DNA of 64,000 nucleotides from Haliotis cracherodii (lineage: Eukaryota), in assembly GCF_022045235.1 (NCBI RefSeq), contig NW_027266286.1:27280001-27344000 (forward strand), given 5' to 3'. How positions within the stretch are numbered: position 1 is the first letter of the stretch; the number at the start of each line of letters is the position of its first letter. The position numbers and the translations under genes were made by a program. Below are positions 50,087 through 63,179 of the stretch, one piece after another. The notes under the pieces were generated by a model that made no database searches, was not told the origin of the DNA, and saw only the letters and a list, made by a program, of their open reading frames with translations.

Positions 50087-52642
50087 ATCACATTGAGCCT
50101 ACACAAATGAGGATGGAAAGTTACATAGCAAAAAACACAACCTACAACAAAGCAATGACTTTCGATAACATTCATTCAATACTTCACAACACAAACGTGA
50201 GCAACAAATGCTTAAATTGATCCGTCAGTATCAAGAACAACTTTGGAGCAATTTATAATTAATGTGACATATGTTTTACATCAGCACTAAATAATATACT
50301 ACTCAAAAGGAGTAAAGAACACCTGATTTTTTCATATGACTGTAGTTAACCTGTCATGGCTGGTGGCTGTTGCAGCACACAGACTTCCAATTGTGGGTGT
50401 TTTGTAAATAGTAAATATCAAACCAAACAGATGCTTCCTAAATGATAACTGTTTGTATCTGAACCGTGAAAATGCTTGGCAAGCCATGGCGATCATAACT
50501 CTACGACTGTCTAAACTCCCTCAGACCTACAAGACATTATTTATGTAATGCAATTGTATCACTAAGATTCCCTTTATCAGGCTGCGTTCAGAATATGAGC
50601 AACGAAACAAGTTTTTTTCAAGACTCCTTCAACGACATTCAAAGATTTTTTTTCTAAAATCGCATCACGCTTGACCTAAAAGACGCCACTCCCATTATTT
50701 GCATGTAAAAATGTGGTACGCTTCGGAACTTTTGGTTCAGTTTGTCACAGATTCAGACATATTCAACTCTGAAATTTAAGCAGCCCTCACTGGAATGGAC
50801 ATACTTCTGAGATTACTGACTATTGGTAGATTGTATACAAATTTTTTCTTCAAAGTTAGAGAACAATTTCAACAAGTTCTTCTTTCAGATTATGTAAAGA
50901 TTTACATTTCTCATAACATGTATAAGGTAATTTAGCTGAAATGGGACCCATCAAGCCTGTGCAAACCCTGCTTTCGTAATTGTCAGTTCGCAGAGGAGTC
51001 AATGCACTTGTACTGACTTGCTGTGTGATACAACATAGAACACTGGAATGCTGAACACAATTCTGCTTCTAGGCAGTGAAACAAGTTAATTCAGGTCTTC
51101 TGAAGTAATTGATGTCCTCCCATACATTAATATATTTGCTGTTTTCCCACAAATTCAGGGTTAATCAGTTGCAGTTAGAGGTCCGTATTAGAAACATAAA
51201 TAATGAAAATTATTAGTATTAATTCCAGAAAATGTCCCACTTGTAAACATGACTGATGACATGAAGTGCTCAGTCATTGTGGTGAATTATCAGAAAAAAG
51301 ACATGCTTGAAAGAAATAGGATTCTCCTGTCATGAAAAAAGTCACATTGGAAAAGAATTGAAAGTAAATAGGCATGTTTAGATAAATTAAGATTGAATAG
51401 TGTTTACATTTCTCACAAACGATGTAAAATCAAGACTATCTTAAAACCGTTCAGACATATTACATCATGTGGTGTGAGTACATAACATCGGATTTCAGTG
51501 TTACAGTCGTACCCCGGAGCCATGTCATCCGTTACAATCCTGGTCAAGCCTCGACATGATCCAATAAATAAGGTGATGTATGGATGGCAATGTACACATG
51601 CTGCGAAGTATCACAAGTGTTGGATGAGTCCAAGTGGATGAATGGTTTCCATGATGTTGAGAGATAACATGCAAACAAATACATTGCAAAAGACATTTGA
51701 GAAAAAGTGCAGTTAATGTATTATACAGTATAACAACATACAATACATTTACAATTTCATTTTTTCAATTCCAACTAAAGGGTCACAATAGATTCAGAGG
51801 AACTTTCCATCACACCTGTCCTTAGCAAAGATCATCAGCTAACAGTGAAAGCACTGCATAGTTTCAACAGTGCTGGGAAAAGTGTTTTAGGAAATATATG
51901 GTCTGACGTACTACTCAAGAAGAGTTAAAGAATGTTTTTCCCTATGACCTTAGTTAATCAGTCCTGGCTGGTGGGTATGGCAACACACAGCCTTCCAACC
52001 GTGGGTGTTCTTTAACTTTGTCTCCATGCAGTGTCCTCGATGACTGGTTTATATGAGCTTTTTTATTTGAGCATCAGAAGTGGCTATAATAATTTGCAAG
52101 TCTGGTCATTAATAATGTATATATTTGACCTGTTAGGCACCTTGCCTACATTTCTTGAAAACATTCATGTGTTCTTTAGTTTTCAATATATTTTAATCAA
52201 GATGATGTATTCAGAAGATTAACCTTTTTAAAAAGCTGAATAAGTGGTCTTTGATAAGCCTACAACCTTGGAAACTGTCTAATACATTGAATACAATAAA
52301 TTGTAAATACATTATTAGGCAAAGATGATAGAAGATTTGAGAGATTACTGATCCTGAACAATCATGCTTCTATTCAAACACTGAAAAGCATTAAATATAT
52401 ATCAAAGTGTTCCTAAAATATAGTTTGAAATTGGCCATGAGGCCCCGTGTTGACAAAACACGACTTGTGATAAACATACATAGTATGAAGAGCAGTAGGT
52501 CACATTTTCCCTTATGCTGAGTCAAAGAATTCCTCTTGGAGGAGTCCGAAAACAATACAGAAAAGTAGAAATCTAGATTCATCAAAATCACTAAATGCCC
52601 TAACAATGTGACAATATATGACAGAAACTCTGAAACACACAG

Positions 52643-52806
52643 TGACTGAGTGGTTGATTTTGGTTTTACGCCACTTTTAGCAATATACCAGCAATATCAT
52701 GGCAGGGGACACCAGAAAATGGGCTTCACACATTGTACCCATGTGGGGAATCAAACCCGGGCCTTCAGCATGGCGAGTGAACGCCTTAATCACTAGGCTA
52801 CCCCAC
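52643..52806 (-). mobile_element. tRNA-derived SINE family D
   Basis: Homology to 20388-20553. Confidence 0.75.
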
Positions 52807-53221
52807 AGGTACTTTTTCCTAATAGGGCTATTGAGCTATGATGACAGCAGGAACCAGCACTAAGCTTCATTGAAATAACCATACTATGAAAGTTTGTTTT
52901 CAAAATGAATATCTGCTCAAAATAATACAACCAAAGGTCACAAACAACTAAACTAATCTTTGGTTTAATATAATGCAATTACACAAGATGAACTAAGACA
53001 GGTAACATCTCAACAGCTAACATGACATCATAGAGTAAATGCTGAAGTAACGAGCCAACATAATGACATGAAGGTAAATAGGAGCAAAACATTCTACTTC
53101 TACATTGCATTTGGCGATGGGCATATTAGTAGTTAGCCTCGATTATCAAGAGTATTCTATTCTATTATGAAAAATACCCTGGACACATCTGCAACCATGT
53201 TTTCGTTTTGTGTCCGCTCCA

Positions 53222-53370
53222 GTGAGTGAGTTTAACACCACTTTTAGCAATACTAAAGCAATATCACAGCAGGGGACACAGAAGTGGGCTTTCTACATTG
53301 TATCCATGGGGGCATCGAACCCAGGCCTTCAGCGTGACAAGCTGACGCTTTATCCACAAGGCTACCCTGC
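53222..53370 (-). mobile_element. tRNA-derived SINE family D, degenerate
   Basis: Homology to 20388-20553. Confidence 0.65.
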
Positions 53371-54291
53371 GGTCCTGCGTACACTCCACATGACACAATG
53401 CTCATAATAGCCATCGAATCAAAATACACTGTTTATTCATGACTCAAACAAGGGGCGATATCACAAGTACTTGACTCGCCCCGATGCCTTGCAGCTAGGA
53501 TATCCTGATAGCAGAATTGAATACTCGGGAAAACATATTTTGTGGGTTTTTCTTAGTTAAAATCAAAATTTCCAAAATGAGGTTGTAGAGAAATATAACA
53601 TATTGGTTTAGAAAGCTGACCTATGATTGGATCAAGAACCCATGCATCCTTCATCCATATATGGTGGTCAAGGTTTGCACCTGTGACCTATGAAGGAGTC
53701 GTATCATAATAACAGATCAGATTTTAATGTGATTGCATGATACGGAAGTTCTGTTATTGTAACAGACATGTCACCAAGGACAATGTAACACTGTCAGTCA
53801 TTAACAGATCTTGTTTTACAAACAGTTGTAAATACATAACATTGAGCAAATAGACTTAATACAGTTGTCATACAAGTAGAAATGTAAAGGTATACACATG
53901 CAGTATTGCACAAACTAGGAGTATTGAAGAGAGACACTACAACATAAGCAACAAAATACTCACATCAGTTGTATAAACTTGAAACAATTCAAAAAACAAA
54001 AATGTAAATACTGGTAAATGTTTTCACATGCATACATGGTCTTTTTTAATCAAGGTTATCAAAAGCCTTGACATCAGAACAGTGTAACCTTGTCATGTAT
54101 AAATTCTCACATATTCTTTTATTAAACAGTCAAAATAGTGGCAAAGACTAAATAATTTTGGCCATTTTTACCAGTACCAGACTACATGTACTTGAGCATT
54201 CCCAACATTAACTGACATTCCAAAAACTAACATCTCTGCTATCCTTGCCTTTTTATCAGCTGTAAATTTAGAACTTATGCACTGAAGAGAT

Positions 54292-54831
54292 CATCTTCCC
54301 GAGGCAAGAGAGTTAACCAACTATAAAAGTTCAGTTTCCACCCTTGCCGAACTAGGCTGGTATTATGGAGTTACATTAAGGTTGGACTAACGAGTCTATG
54401 CATAGTCCAAACAAATTGCGCACCGAAATCAAAATTCGGTTCATAAACTGTCGTGCAGTTTTCGGTTGATTGCAGGATTTGCAAAGCATGTGCACCGCCA
54501 ACTCGTCAGCAGATATTTACCAAATCGTTTTATGTTTTTAAACAAGATGCTCATGTGATCTGATGCATTTTGCGATGTAAGACCTGTTTTATCACAAAAC
54601 AGATCTTGATTATCGATCAGATCGTCCTGAATGGGCGCCACCATTTTGTTTGAAGCAAATGCAAGTAATATAAGCGGCGGAATCTGATTGGTCCATAGGA
54701 GAGGCTTAGAAGGGACATAACTGGTAATAGCCAGTGGTGGCGCTACAATCGAGCCCAGTAATTCCAGCCTAGTTTGGCAAGGGTGGAAACTGGACTTTTA
54801 AGTCAGTTAACTCTCTTGCCTCGAGAAGATG
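54292..54831. mobile_element. Non-autonomous DNA transposon, Mutator/MULE-like
   Basis: ~68-bp terminal inverted repeats; 9-bp TSD tgaagagat at 54283-54291 and 54832-54840. Confidence 0.82.
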
Positions 54832-55643
54832 TGAAGAGATGGACACAGGCAACACTACACAATGTAACGCCATGTGCAGAGTACATAAAATTTACAAAAT
54901 CTAATACCACATTTGTATATCAAAGAGTGCAATTTTTCAATATACACTATACAAGGCAATGTCTGACAAAATGTCTCATATCCACAAATGTCCATGAAAA
55001 TCATAAAATATCAATAGATATCTTAGTCAGATGTGGACACAAACCACATCATAATGCTGTTTGATCATGCTGACTGCAGTAGGATAACTTCAGTAGACTT
55101 TGCTAACATGATACTAGCAATACGCTGTATTGGAAACATGCCCAGGACTGCTGTAATCTAATAAAACTATTTTAACCAAGCTTTCACTTATGTGCATCAC
55201 AATATGTCACAATTATACTGTATCTATTTTGTGCTATTGCAACTGCTGTATCCACCTTTTTGAGGATGTCCAATGGGTCTGTGTTCTCGTTTTCACCGAA
55301 ATAAGTGCCCTGAACGCTTAAAAAATTGACTGTGCTTTTTTTGGTAACGGGATGTGGAAAGTACACAATTAAATGTGGAAGTCGGAAATTCATTTTCGGA
55401 ATTGTGCGATGACGCTTATAAAGTTTACTTACAGATTGGTCTAGAAGTTGGTTGGGGCGCCTACAGGAACAGAATCCATGTCATGGCAATCCATAATGGC
55501 AAATGGAACTGAACATGGCCAGTATGCATTCTACTGCTGGGCATACGTGTTAACAAACAACCAAATCAAAACTTGATTTACTTATTGTTTGAAAAACACT
55601 GCACTTTAAAGGATGACTCCTACTTTAAGATTTTCAGCTGCCA

Positions 55644-55846
55644 TTCTTCGTGTCAGCGACAGACAGACATAAAGTGTGTTGTGCTCTCCAATACAAGAAA
55701 CTACAGCTGCAGTTCTTCGTGTCAGCGACAGACAGACATACAGTGTGTTGTGCTCTCCAATACAAGAAACTACAGCTGCAGTTCTTCATGTCAGCGACAG
55801 ACAGACATACAGTGTGTTGTGCTCTCCAATAACAATCTACAGCTGC
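55644..55846. repeat. 69-bp tandem repeat, ~3 copies
   Basis: ttcttc(g/a)tgtcagcgacag at 55644, 55713 and 55782. Confidence 0.9.
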
Positions 55847-58800
55847 ATGATAGACATCCTTAAAACATGTTGTAGCAGTCTGTAAACAAGCTGCATTTAG
55901 CAGGCTCTGACTTGTGATGGTTTGCAGTGTCCTGTCAGATGAAGTGCTTATAAGAAAATCTGGCGCTATGTGTCTTTTGTGTGGCAATGGGCATGATTAC
56001 CCTCATCACATCTACAATTTATAAAGCAAAGCATGCACATGCTTGTATCTGTGGAATGTACACCAAGGATGCATTCAAGGACATTGACAGTTATTCACCT
56101 CCAATCATAGAAACTATCCTCACTGGGATGAAAAATCCATGTCAAGATTCAAACATTCAATTCAACATGCTATATTGTCATTATCAGATCAATGCAGGGC
56201 AATGTAACTAACAATATTATCATTATGCTTAAAACATATTTTGTCAGACCAAAAGAATCATAAATCTTTACAAAACATATTTACTACAAGCCATCTGCAC
56301 ATACATGGTGCTATTATGAATATGAAGTCATCATCTACTACAGTGCCAAAAGAGGGCACACGTAAGCATGAGTTACCTGCCCTTGCTGTGTACAAAAATC
56401 TAGGGTAGATAAATATCTGAGGTGGAAAATGATCCAAGTGGAATTTAATAAATATAAAAACCTAAACATATACACCACATTCTGTTTTATGATTGTAACA
56501 CACCTAACCACAAAGCCACCTCGCACTGCTTTGTCTTGAATGCATCCCTGACAACTGAGGTTGACATTTGCATCATCTTTCATCAATACAGTTGAAGGCT
56601 TGCGAACAAAACGTTGCAGTAATTATGAACCATTTTATGGCTGTCTTGTATCAATAACTTACAAACAGCAACATATACAAAGGTTTTGGTGTTGTTTCTT
56701 ACATTGTGCTTAATATACATTCAAGGTTCATACAGAGATGGAAAATAAAGATTCAAGGCTGTCAACTGTCATTTTCAAGGCTTTTTAGTTGGGTTATTAG
56801 CCTCACTCAGTAAATATGGTATTAAATCCAGCATACTATAATATTATATCATACTTTCAAAAGCAGTATGACAATCAGACATTTTCCAAAAAGATTTATT
56901 TTCACACCCAATAAAAGATTAAATTAAGTTTGTCATGAATTCTTCATTGTCTTTGCACACAAATCTATCACTGATAAATCTCACATAAACTTGGTTCACA
57001 TTTTTGTGTGCTTTAATACTTTTATTAACAAAACTTGTACAAATGCACGGCTTTTCAAGCTATGTTGGTGATTTTCAAGGCTCTTCAAGGTTAACACTAA
57101 AAGTCAAGGCCTTGTCAAGCCTGTACAAACCCTGGTATTGAAGGAAAGCAATAACTGCAATGTACATGCTAGAAGGATTTAATTGAGGAACCATTTGCAA
57201 AAATAATTCTCATGAATGGTAGGAAAAAGGTATTTCATGGATAAGAAAGCATCATTGTATCTACAAAATGCAAGGTGGCATGCACCATCTTCAGATTTTC
57301 CAGTGATAAAGTGTGAAAAGATGGTTAATTAAAAGCATTGTAGACAAGAAAAAGTCTCTTTTTTAAGCAAACAGGTTTTACTTTCAACTTGAAGTAAAAC
57401 ATATTCCAACAAATTTGTGGAGAACTTAATTTCCGATGAGATCAAACAAAACAGAAAACAATGTAGAATATTAGAAATAAAACATAACACTGAAAGAAAG
57501 TAATGATTTTAGCCAATGATAGTTTGGTCCAGCCTCCATAACAAAATATCTTTGAAGATTTCATGAAAACAGCATGACTCCAAACTAATGTACAAAACAG
57601 TCTGTGCAAAAACCCTTTAAAAACTACCAGACCAATATTGTCTCTTGGCATCATTTTGAGTAGATTTTAGAGTGACTATTACCAGCTTAGGTTAAAAGAC
57701 CAAACAAAAGTTTACTTTAGTGGCTAAAGTCGCAGACTGACACAATTGACAAAATGAAGCTGATAAGTTGATTTGTTTTGTTTTTCAACAGCCCAAAATA
57801 TCAAAAAATGTTTGACATACAAAACAAATAGAATTGTGTTTATTCTTTCACTTTATCAGTAATTCCTTTTCACACCAGATCTGAGGTAGCTCCAGACAAC
57901 TACCGGGTACTAGCAAGAAATTGGACACTGTCATAATGCTGTAGGCAAATACTAGTCAATTTGCAGGCATTTAAACAAAATTTGTCCCAATTCCTGAGCA
58001 TAACCTTGTTGCAATATTTCACTTAAGTCTTTTCTTAAAAAGATAAACCAAAGACAGGATTCAAAATGATAAAAAAATTGACATATCTTAAAACAATTCA
58101 ACCAAAATATTTCATCATATGATTTTATAATTCCTTGAAAGTGTTAGGCACTCCACCAATTGCCCAAAGGTAGAGTAAGGTAATTGTTTCAGGTATTCAA
58201 GGATGAGTGAAAACTTTGCAACTAAAATTTTGCCAAAATGTAATAATGTTTGGGATGAGTGCTAAGAAAAATGAATTGTTTTTCATGTAATAACAAATGC
58301 TGATCGGGATAATTATCCACTGTACCATATAGCAGACTTATCATAATCATATGATTGAGAAGTACACAATATGGAGCTACAAATCTAACCTCTCTCGCTC
58401 TAGGATTTCAATCCTATTTCTTACAGACTATTTTTCAATGATTACAGATCATTGTTGCATGTTGAATTACCAAACATATCAATGATTCAAACATTCAGAC
58501 TGGAACAACGTTTATACTGTATATATATATACTCCCCTTTTCACTAAGTTGGCAGTAGTCTCTGAAAACAGAGTTAGTTTTACAGTTCTTATACATTCAA
58601 GTTCTAGGAGGATACTTTCCACATTCAGATCACCAAAGATATATTTTGAAAATGAAATAGTGTATTTTCTGGCCTGGTTGCAAAAGGACCTCAGGACTAC
58701 AAATATACAAAATGTAATATGAAACTCCTACAGTAAAAGTCTTTTATCAGGTTTATCTCAATTTACATACAGATCAATACTTTCAAAGATGTTATTGATT

Positions 58801-58903
58801 ATTGGAGTCCTGGATATATAAAAAAAAGTAGCATTACTTAGATGTTTTGATGATTTTAAACATGTCACCTTGAGATCAAACAAAAACTGGCTAAATAATT
58901 AAT

Positions 58904-59145
58904 TCACTGGTCTTTCTTTTCTTCTGGTGGAGCTACAGGTTGTTCAGGGCGTACTTTCTTGGAAAACACAGATTTGGGCTCTGCTGTCAAAGATTGCAGG
59001 AAGATGATAAGTCGACAGGTCAATAGTAGCGCAAACACGATAGCTGGGCTCATTTTCTCCAATCCTTCATCTAGAGCAAAGTGGGCATAGATGTCGTTGA
59101 CTGTGATTGTTAAGAGCACAACATTGCTTGCTTCCTTCAGTGCAC
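58904..59145 (-). CDS. TMEM35A: TMEM35A/NACHO exon 3 (GALKEASNVVLL...PAIVFALLLTCRLII...EEKKDQ*)
   Basis: A.VF..LLTCRL.I hallmark; ttgacag acceptor; C-terminal KKxx. Confidence 0.92.
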
Positions 59146-59161
59146 CTGTCAACAACAAAAG

Positions 59162-59290
59162 TGAGTGAGTGAGTACGGTTTTACGCCGCTTTTAGCAATA
59201 TTCCAACAATATCACTGAGGGGGTCACCAGAAACCACAACCACACGTTGTACCCATGTCAAGAATCAAACCCGGGTCTTCGGCATGAGGA
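59162..59290 (-). mobile_element. tRNA-derived SINE family D, 5' truncated, inside the acceptor region
   Basis: TSD caacaacaaaag at 59150-59161 and 59291-59302. Confidence 0.8.
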
Positions 59291-60046
59291 CAACAACAAA
59301 AGGTAATGTGTAGTCAAAACAGCAGGGGTTGATTTAACTGCTGGCCAGTTGGCCTGTGTCCAGTTAAAATTACAAAGGGCTTGCTGAAACACGAAGAAGA
59401 TGACCCATCTCGCTAATCAAAATGTCATCCCTTCTCTGTGTATGCTTAATTTTTTTAAGTGGATCATCTCGGTAGAATGACAACCAGCCCCCATTTTGTA
59501 ATATTGTGTACAACAACTTCATTTGCTCATAAATCACTATGTTATGAGGCAAACAGAAGCCAAGATTTAATCTAAGAGTGCAGGTAGAACTTTCAAGGGG
59601 TGATGAGTTCTAAAATTTTGAGAGCCATGCTAGGTGGCAATGCGACCACAGATTCGCCAGTTAGTTAGGAGAAGGGTCAGTAATTCTTAAAGTGAGCAAC
59701 CCCTGCTGGCTACATACAAATTTGTTGTTAAATCTATACCTGAAACAATTTACTGATTTATTTTGAACAAAATTTTCCATGTGAAAAAAATTAATGATTA
59801 GAAAAGTAGGAAATTGGTAAATATATAAACATGATAAAACAAGCTTAATTACTGGTTTTAAAATAATGTGTGAGTGGGTAATGCCACTTTGTACAGTATT
59901 TCAATGAGGTGAGGTGAAATGGGGTTTAATGACACGTTATATAGCGATGTGCATGCACTGCTTTGAATAGTGTGGCATGTCAGCTTGATATGGAAGAAAG
60001 ATGAATGTAAAGAAAATCTTAGATGGTAAACCACTGTGGTGATTCC

Positions 60047-60282
60047 TTTTGTTTTTTAACCCCGCACTCAGAAATATTCCAGCTATATGACGACAGTCTG
60101 TAAAAAATCAAGACTGGACCAGACAATCCAGTTATTGATATTATGAGCATCGATCCACGCAACTGGGATATGATGACACGCATCAACCAAGTCAGCGAGC
60201 CTGGCCACCTGATCCCGTTAGTTGCTTCTTACGACAAGCATAGTCGCCTTTTACGACAAGCATGGGTTGCTGAAGACCTATT
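60047..60282 (-). mobile_element. SINE-like family C copy
   Basis: Homology to other family C copies. Confidence 0.72.
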
Positions 60283-61185
60283 CGTCGTGGTGATACTTAA
60301 GTGTATAGGTATGATGTTGACAAAACTAGAAACATAATCACTGATAAAAGGAATAGAACCCAAAATTATATTTTTCTGGCACACCTTGAGGACACAACTC
60401 TGCACAATAAATAATGGCATTTTAGAAAAATGTGCCTGTTTTGAAAAAAACAATATATCTTAGGCATTCAATAATTCATTAATGACAAGCATGAAAGAGA
60501 ACAGAAATACCATACATTGAAGCTTTCTTTCTCAGTATCCTTGAAAAATGACATAATAGTAGCCAGGATTTCTAAGGAAGTCTCACACAAACACATCGAC
60601 TCAGAAAGACCTGAAACCTTGTCAGTTATATGATTTTGTATCATTCAGAGCTACAGATAAGCAGCGTATTTGCGTAATACCCACCAGAAATATTCAAAAC
60701 CCAATTACTTTCAAATAACTTGCGCACAGAAACACATGCATTAAATGAAAAACTCAAATGTATAAAAACAGCACACATAAATATGCAATGAAGCTTTTTC
60801 AGCATGCGTACAAATGAGCTAATTTCCGAAACAAAATTACGAGCTAATTTACTTTCCGTGTCAAGCCTATATATTTCATTGTATTTAGAACGGTTATGTA
60901 CATCTCAAACATTATTTCATTTTTTTTTAAATCTTAAAATGTTCACTAATTTTTGGAAACCCCCAATAGAGTGATGAACAGATGAGTGAAAAAATATTGG
61001 TTACCCAATGAAAAATGTAATAACACAATTAAAATAGAAAGCCAAGAGTAAAAACTCAATTGCTCAAAAGGTTATCTGGAGCTCTGTTATTCTCAACATG
61101 TGGTTCCCTCACTACTCAGTCACATGTTCCGGCAGTGTCATTGCTACATGGGAGGTCCACTAAAAGGTATTGACTCTGTACATAC

Positions 61186-61321
61186 CTGGTACAAATGCCA
61201 AAAGAATGCCACATACAACCTCGGCCGTTCCCACAGCTTTCCGGTAAGTGTGAGGATTTGGTTTCCATCCAGTCTGTTTTACAAGCGGAAAAACTTTTGA
61301 GTTTCGAATGTATGTTTTCCT
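61186..61321 (-). CDS. TMEM35A: TMEM35A/NACHO exon 2 (RKTYIRNSKVFPLVKQTG...YRKAVGTAEVVCGILLAFVP)
   Basis: tttcag acceptor, G|gtatgt donor; RK..G..EV.CGI....VPG motif. Confidence 0.92.
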
Positions 61322-62153
61322 CTGAAACACAATAAAGTCATGATTACATAAAGCAGTTTTCATAACACAATAACTAGTAATAGCAGACTTTTAAAGAGCA
61401 TCACACATGTATAGTAGAATCAGGAAAGAAACTGACAAGGAATTGGTTAATGGTGGGAGAAGATTTGTTTAGATCATCAGTGGGCATCATCCAAAATGTA
61501 CTTTCTGTCTTCATAGTCGAAATGAGTGCACTGGTAAGTTTCACATAAAAAATAGTTTTAGTCCTTATAATGAGAACACAGCAAAACACTTAAAAATAGA
61601 AAATCTCTACTAGTCCTTACGATACCTTAACTTTTGGGCAGTTTGGCAAGGACTATAGGACTAGTGCCAATTTCTAATACTGAAAAACAAAGTTAGTGGA
61701 GTAATCTTTCATTTTCAAATATTTCAGAAATAGAAAATGGTAAGAACAGGTTCGTGGCCAGTAGTCATATCCTGTACTCAACAGTTCATCTCCACTATAA
61801 GGCACCCTAACCATACAGTTAAGTTCATTATGTTTTAGTTAACACTGCACTCAGTAATATTCCAGCTATGTGACAGCGGCCAGTAAATAATCAAGTCTAG
61901 ATCAGACAATTATTAATTGATATAGTGAGCAACAATCAACACCCTGAGGGTACGATGACACAAGATCAACCAAATCACCGATTGATCCATTTGGTCACCT
62001 CTTACAACAATCATAGGTTGCTAGGAACCAGCTCTAAAAGAATCAGTTAGGGTGAAACTAATGCATCAGGTAAACTGCAATTCAGTAATGAATCTCAACA
62101 TTTGCTCAGCGTAGCATAGTCAAAGGCGTGTTAAATGATTATCTGAATAACCT

Positions 62154-62190
62154 CAGAGACCATATAATAGAGTCTATTATATGGTCTCTG
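62154..62190. mobile_element. 37-bp palindromic mini-element
   Basis: cagagaccatataataga-g-tctattatatggtctctg; direct repeat ataacct on both sides. Confidence 0.6.
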
Positions 62191-62488
62191 ATAACCTTTA
62201 TCATTGTGGTTGTTTGGAACAATTAGTGGCATAGATTTACTATTATTTCGCTGCATGGTCGCACTAACGACTGAAAAATGTTTTCATTCTAACAAATTTC
62301 TTCAAGAAGATTCGATAAGACTTTACTTGTAAGAACTCGCAAGCACAAACATAGAACCACTTGGCTACACCAAGTTACTAGCCTAACACAAATCAAATGA
62401 TCATTTACATGTCGTATTCAGCTGGCTTTGCCTTGCCACTAACGGAGGCAATCAAGTAAATATATTTCTACTAGAAATATAAAAGTAC

Positions 62489-62599
62489 CATTTCTTTGTA
62501 TATTTCTCCATTAACCGACGGCGTGAGCTTAATCGTGCCCACAAAAACAAAGAAGAGTCCCAAAGTCAGAGACATGACCCGCAACACAATCGAAGCCAT
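62489..62599 (-). CDS. TMEM35A: TMEM35A/NACHO exon 1 (MASIVLRVMSLTLGLFFVFVGTIKLTPSVNGEIYKEM)
   Basis: LGLFFVF.GTIKLTP hallmark of the DoxX-like TMEM35 family; ATG|gtactt donor. Confidence 0.93.
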
Positions 62600-62620
62600 T
62601 GCTGTCTGCTCTAACATGCC

Positions 62621-62628
62621 ACTTCCGG
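62621..62628 (-). promoter_or_regulatory. ETS/GABP-type motif CCGGAAGT just upstream of the NACHO ATG
   Basis: Exact consensus 22 nt upstream of the ATG. Confidence 0.45.
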
Positions 62629-63179
62629 TGACAGAAATAAAAGTCGAATGAGGGGATTCAATAACGAAAAATGATTCTGTCCATGTTAAACATGCAAAAC
62701 AACTTTTTTCTTGTTTCGAAGAAAAACAGATTATAACACATTTCATCTGTAAAACTAAAGTAAAACGGAAAAAAATATGAAAAAGAATATTTCATGTTTT
62801 CATTCACCCTTTTCTCTGTAGGGAGTACAAGTAATTTATCTAAATTAATAGAACTATTTATTACGTTATTGCTATAAAACAACAGTTCGTATTTAAATTT
62901 TCCTCCCCCAAAAATAATTGCTGCTAGTGATTCGTTATCAGCTCTGCCATATTAATCAGAAAGTAATGCTTAGCGTTTGCGCACAAGGATAACACTATAT
63001 AGATATCTACCTTAATATCTATCTATAAACCTTTTCTTATATACCAACAGCTTAATAACGACTTATCAGTGGCGTTTTAACTACATTACTGCTACCAACA
63101 TTGGATACGTAGTCTGTATTATGGTTGAAAACACTTTGCAAACGCACGTGGAACAGGGAAGGTTTTCAGGGATACTTTG

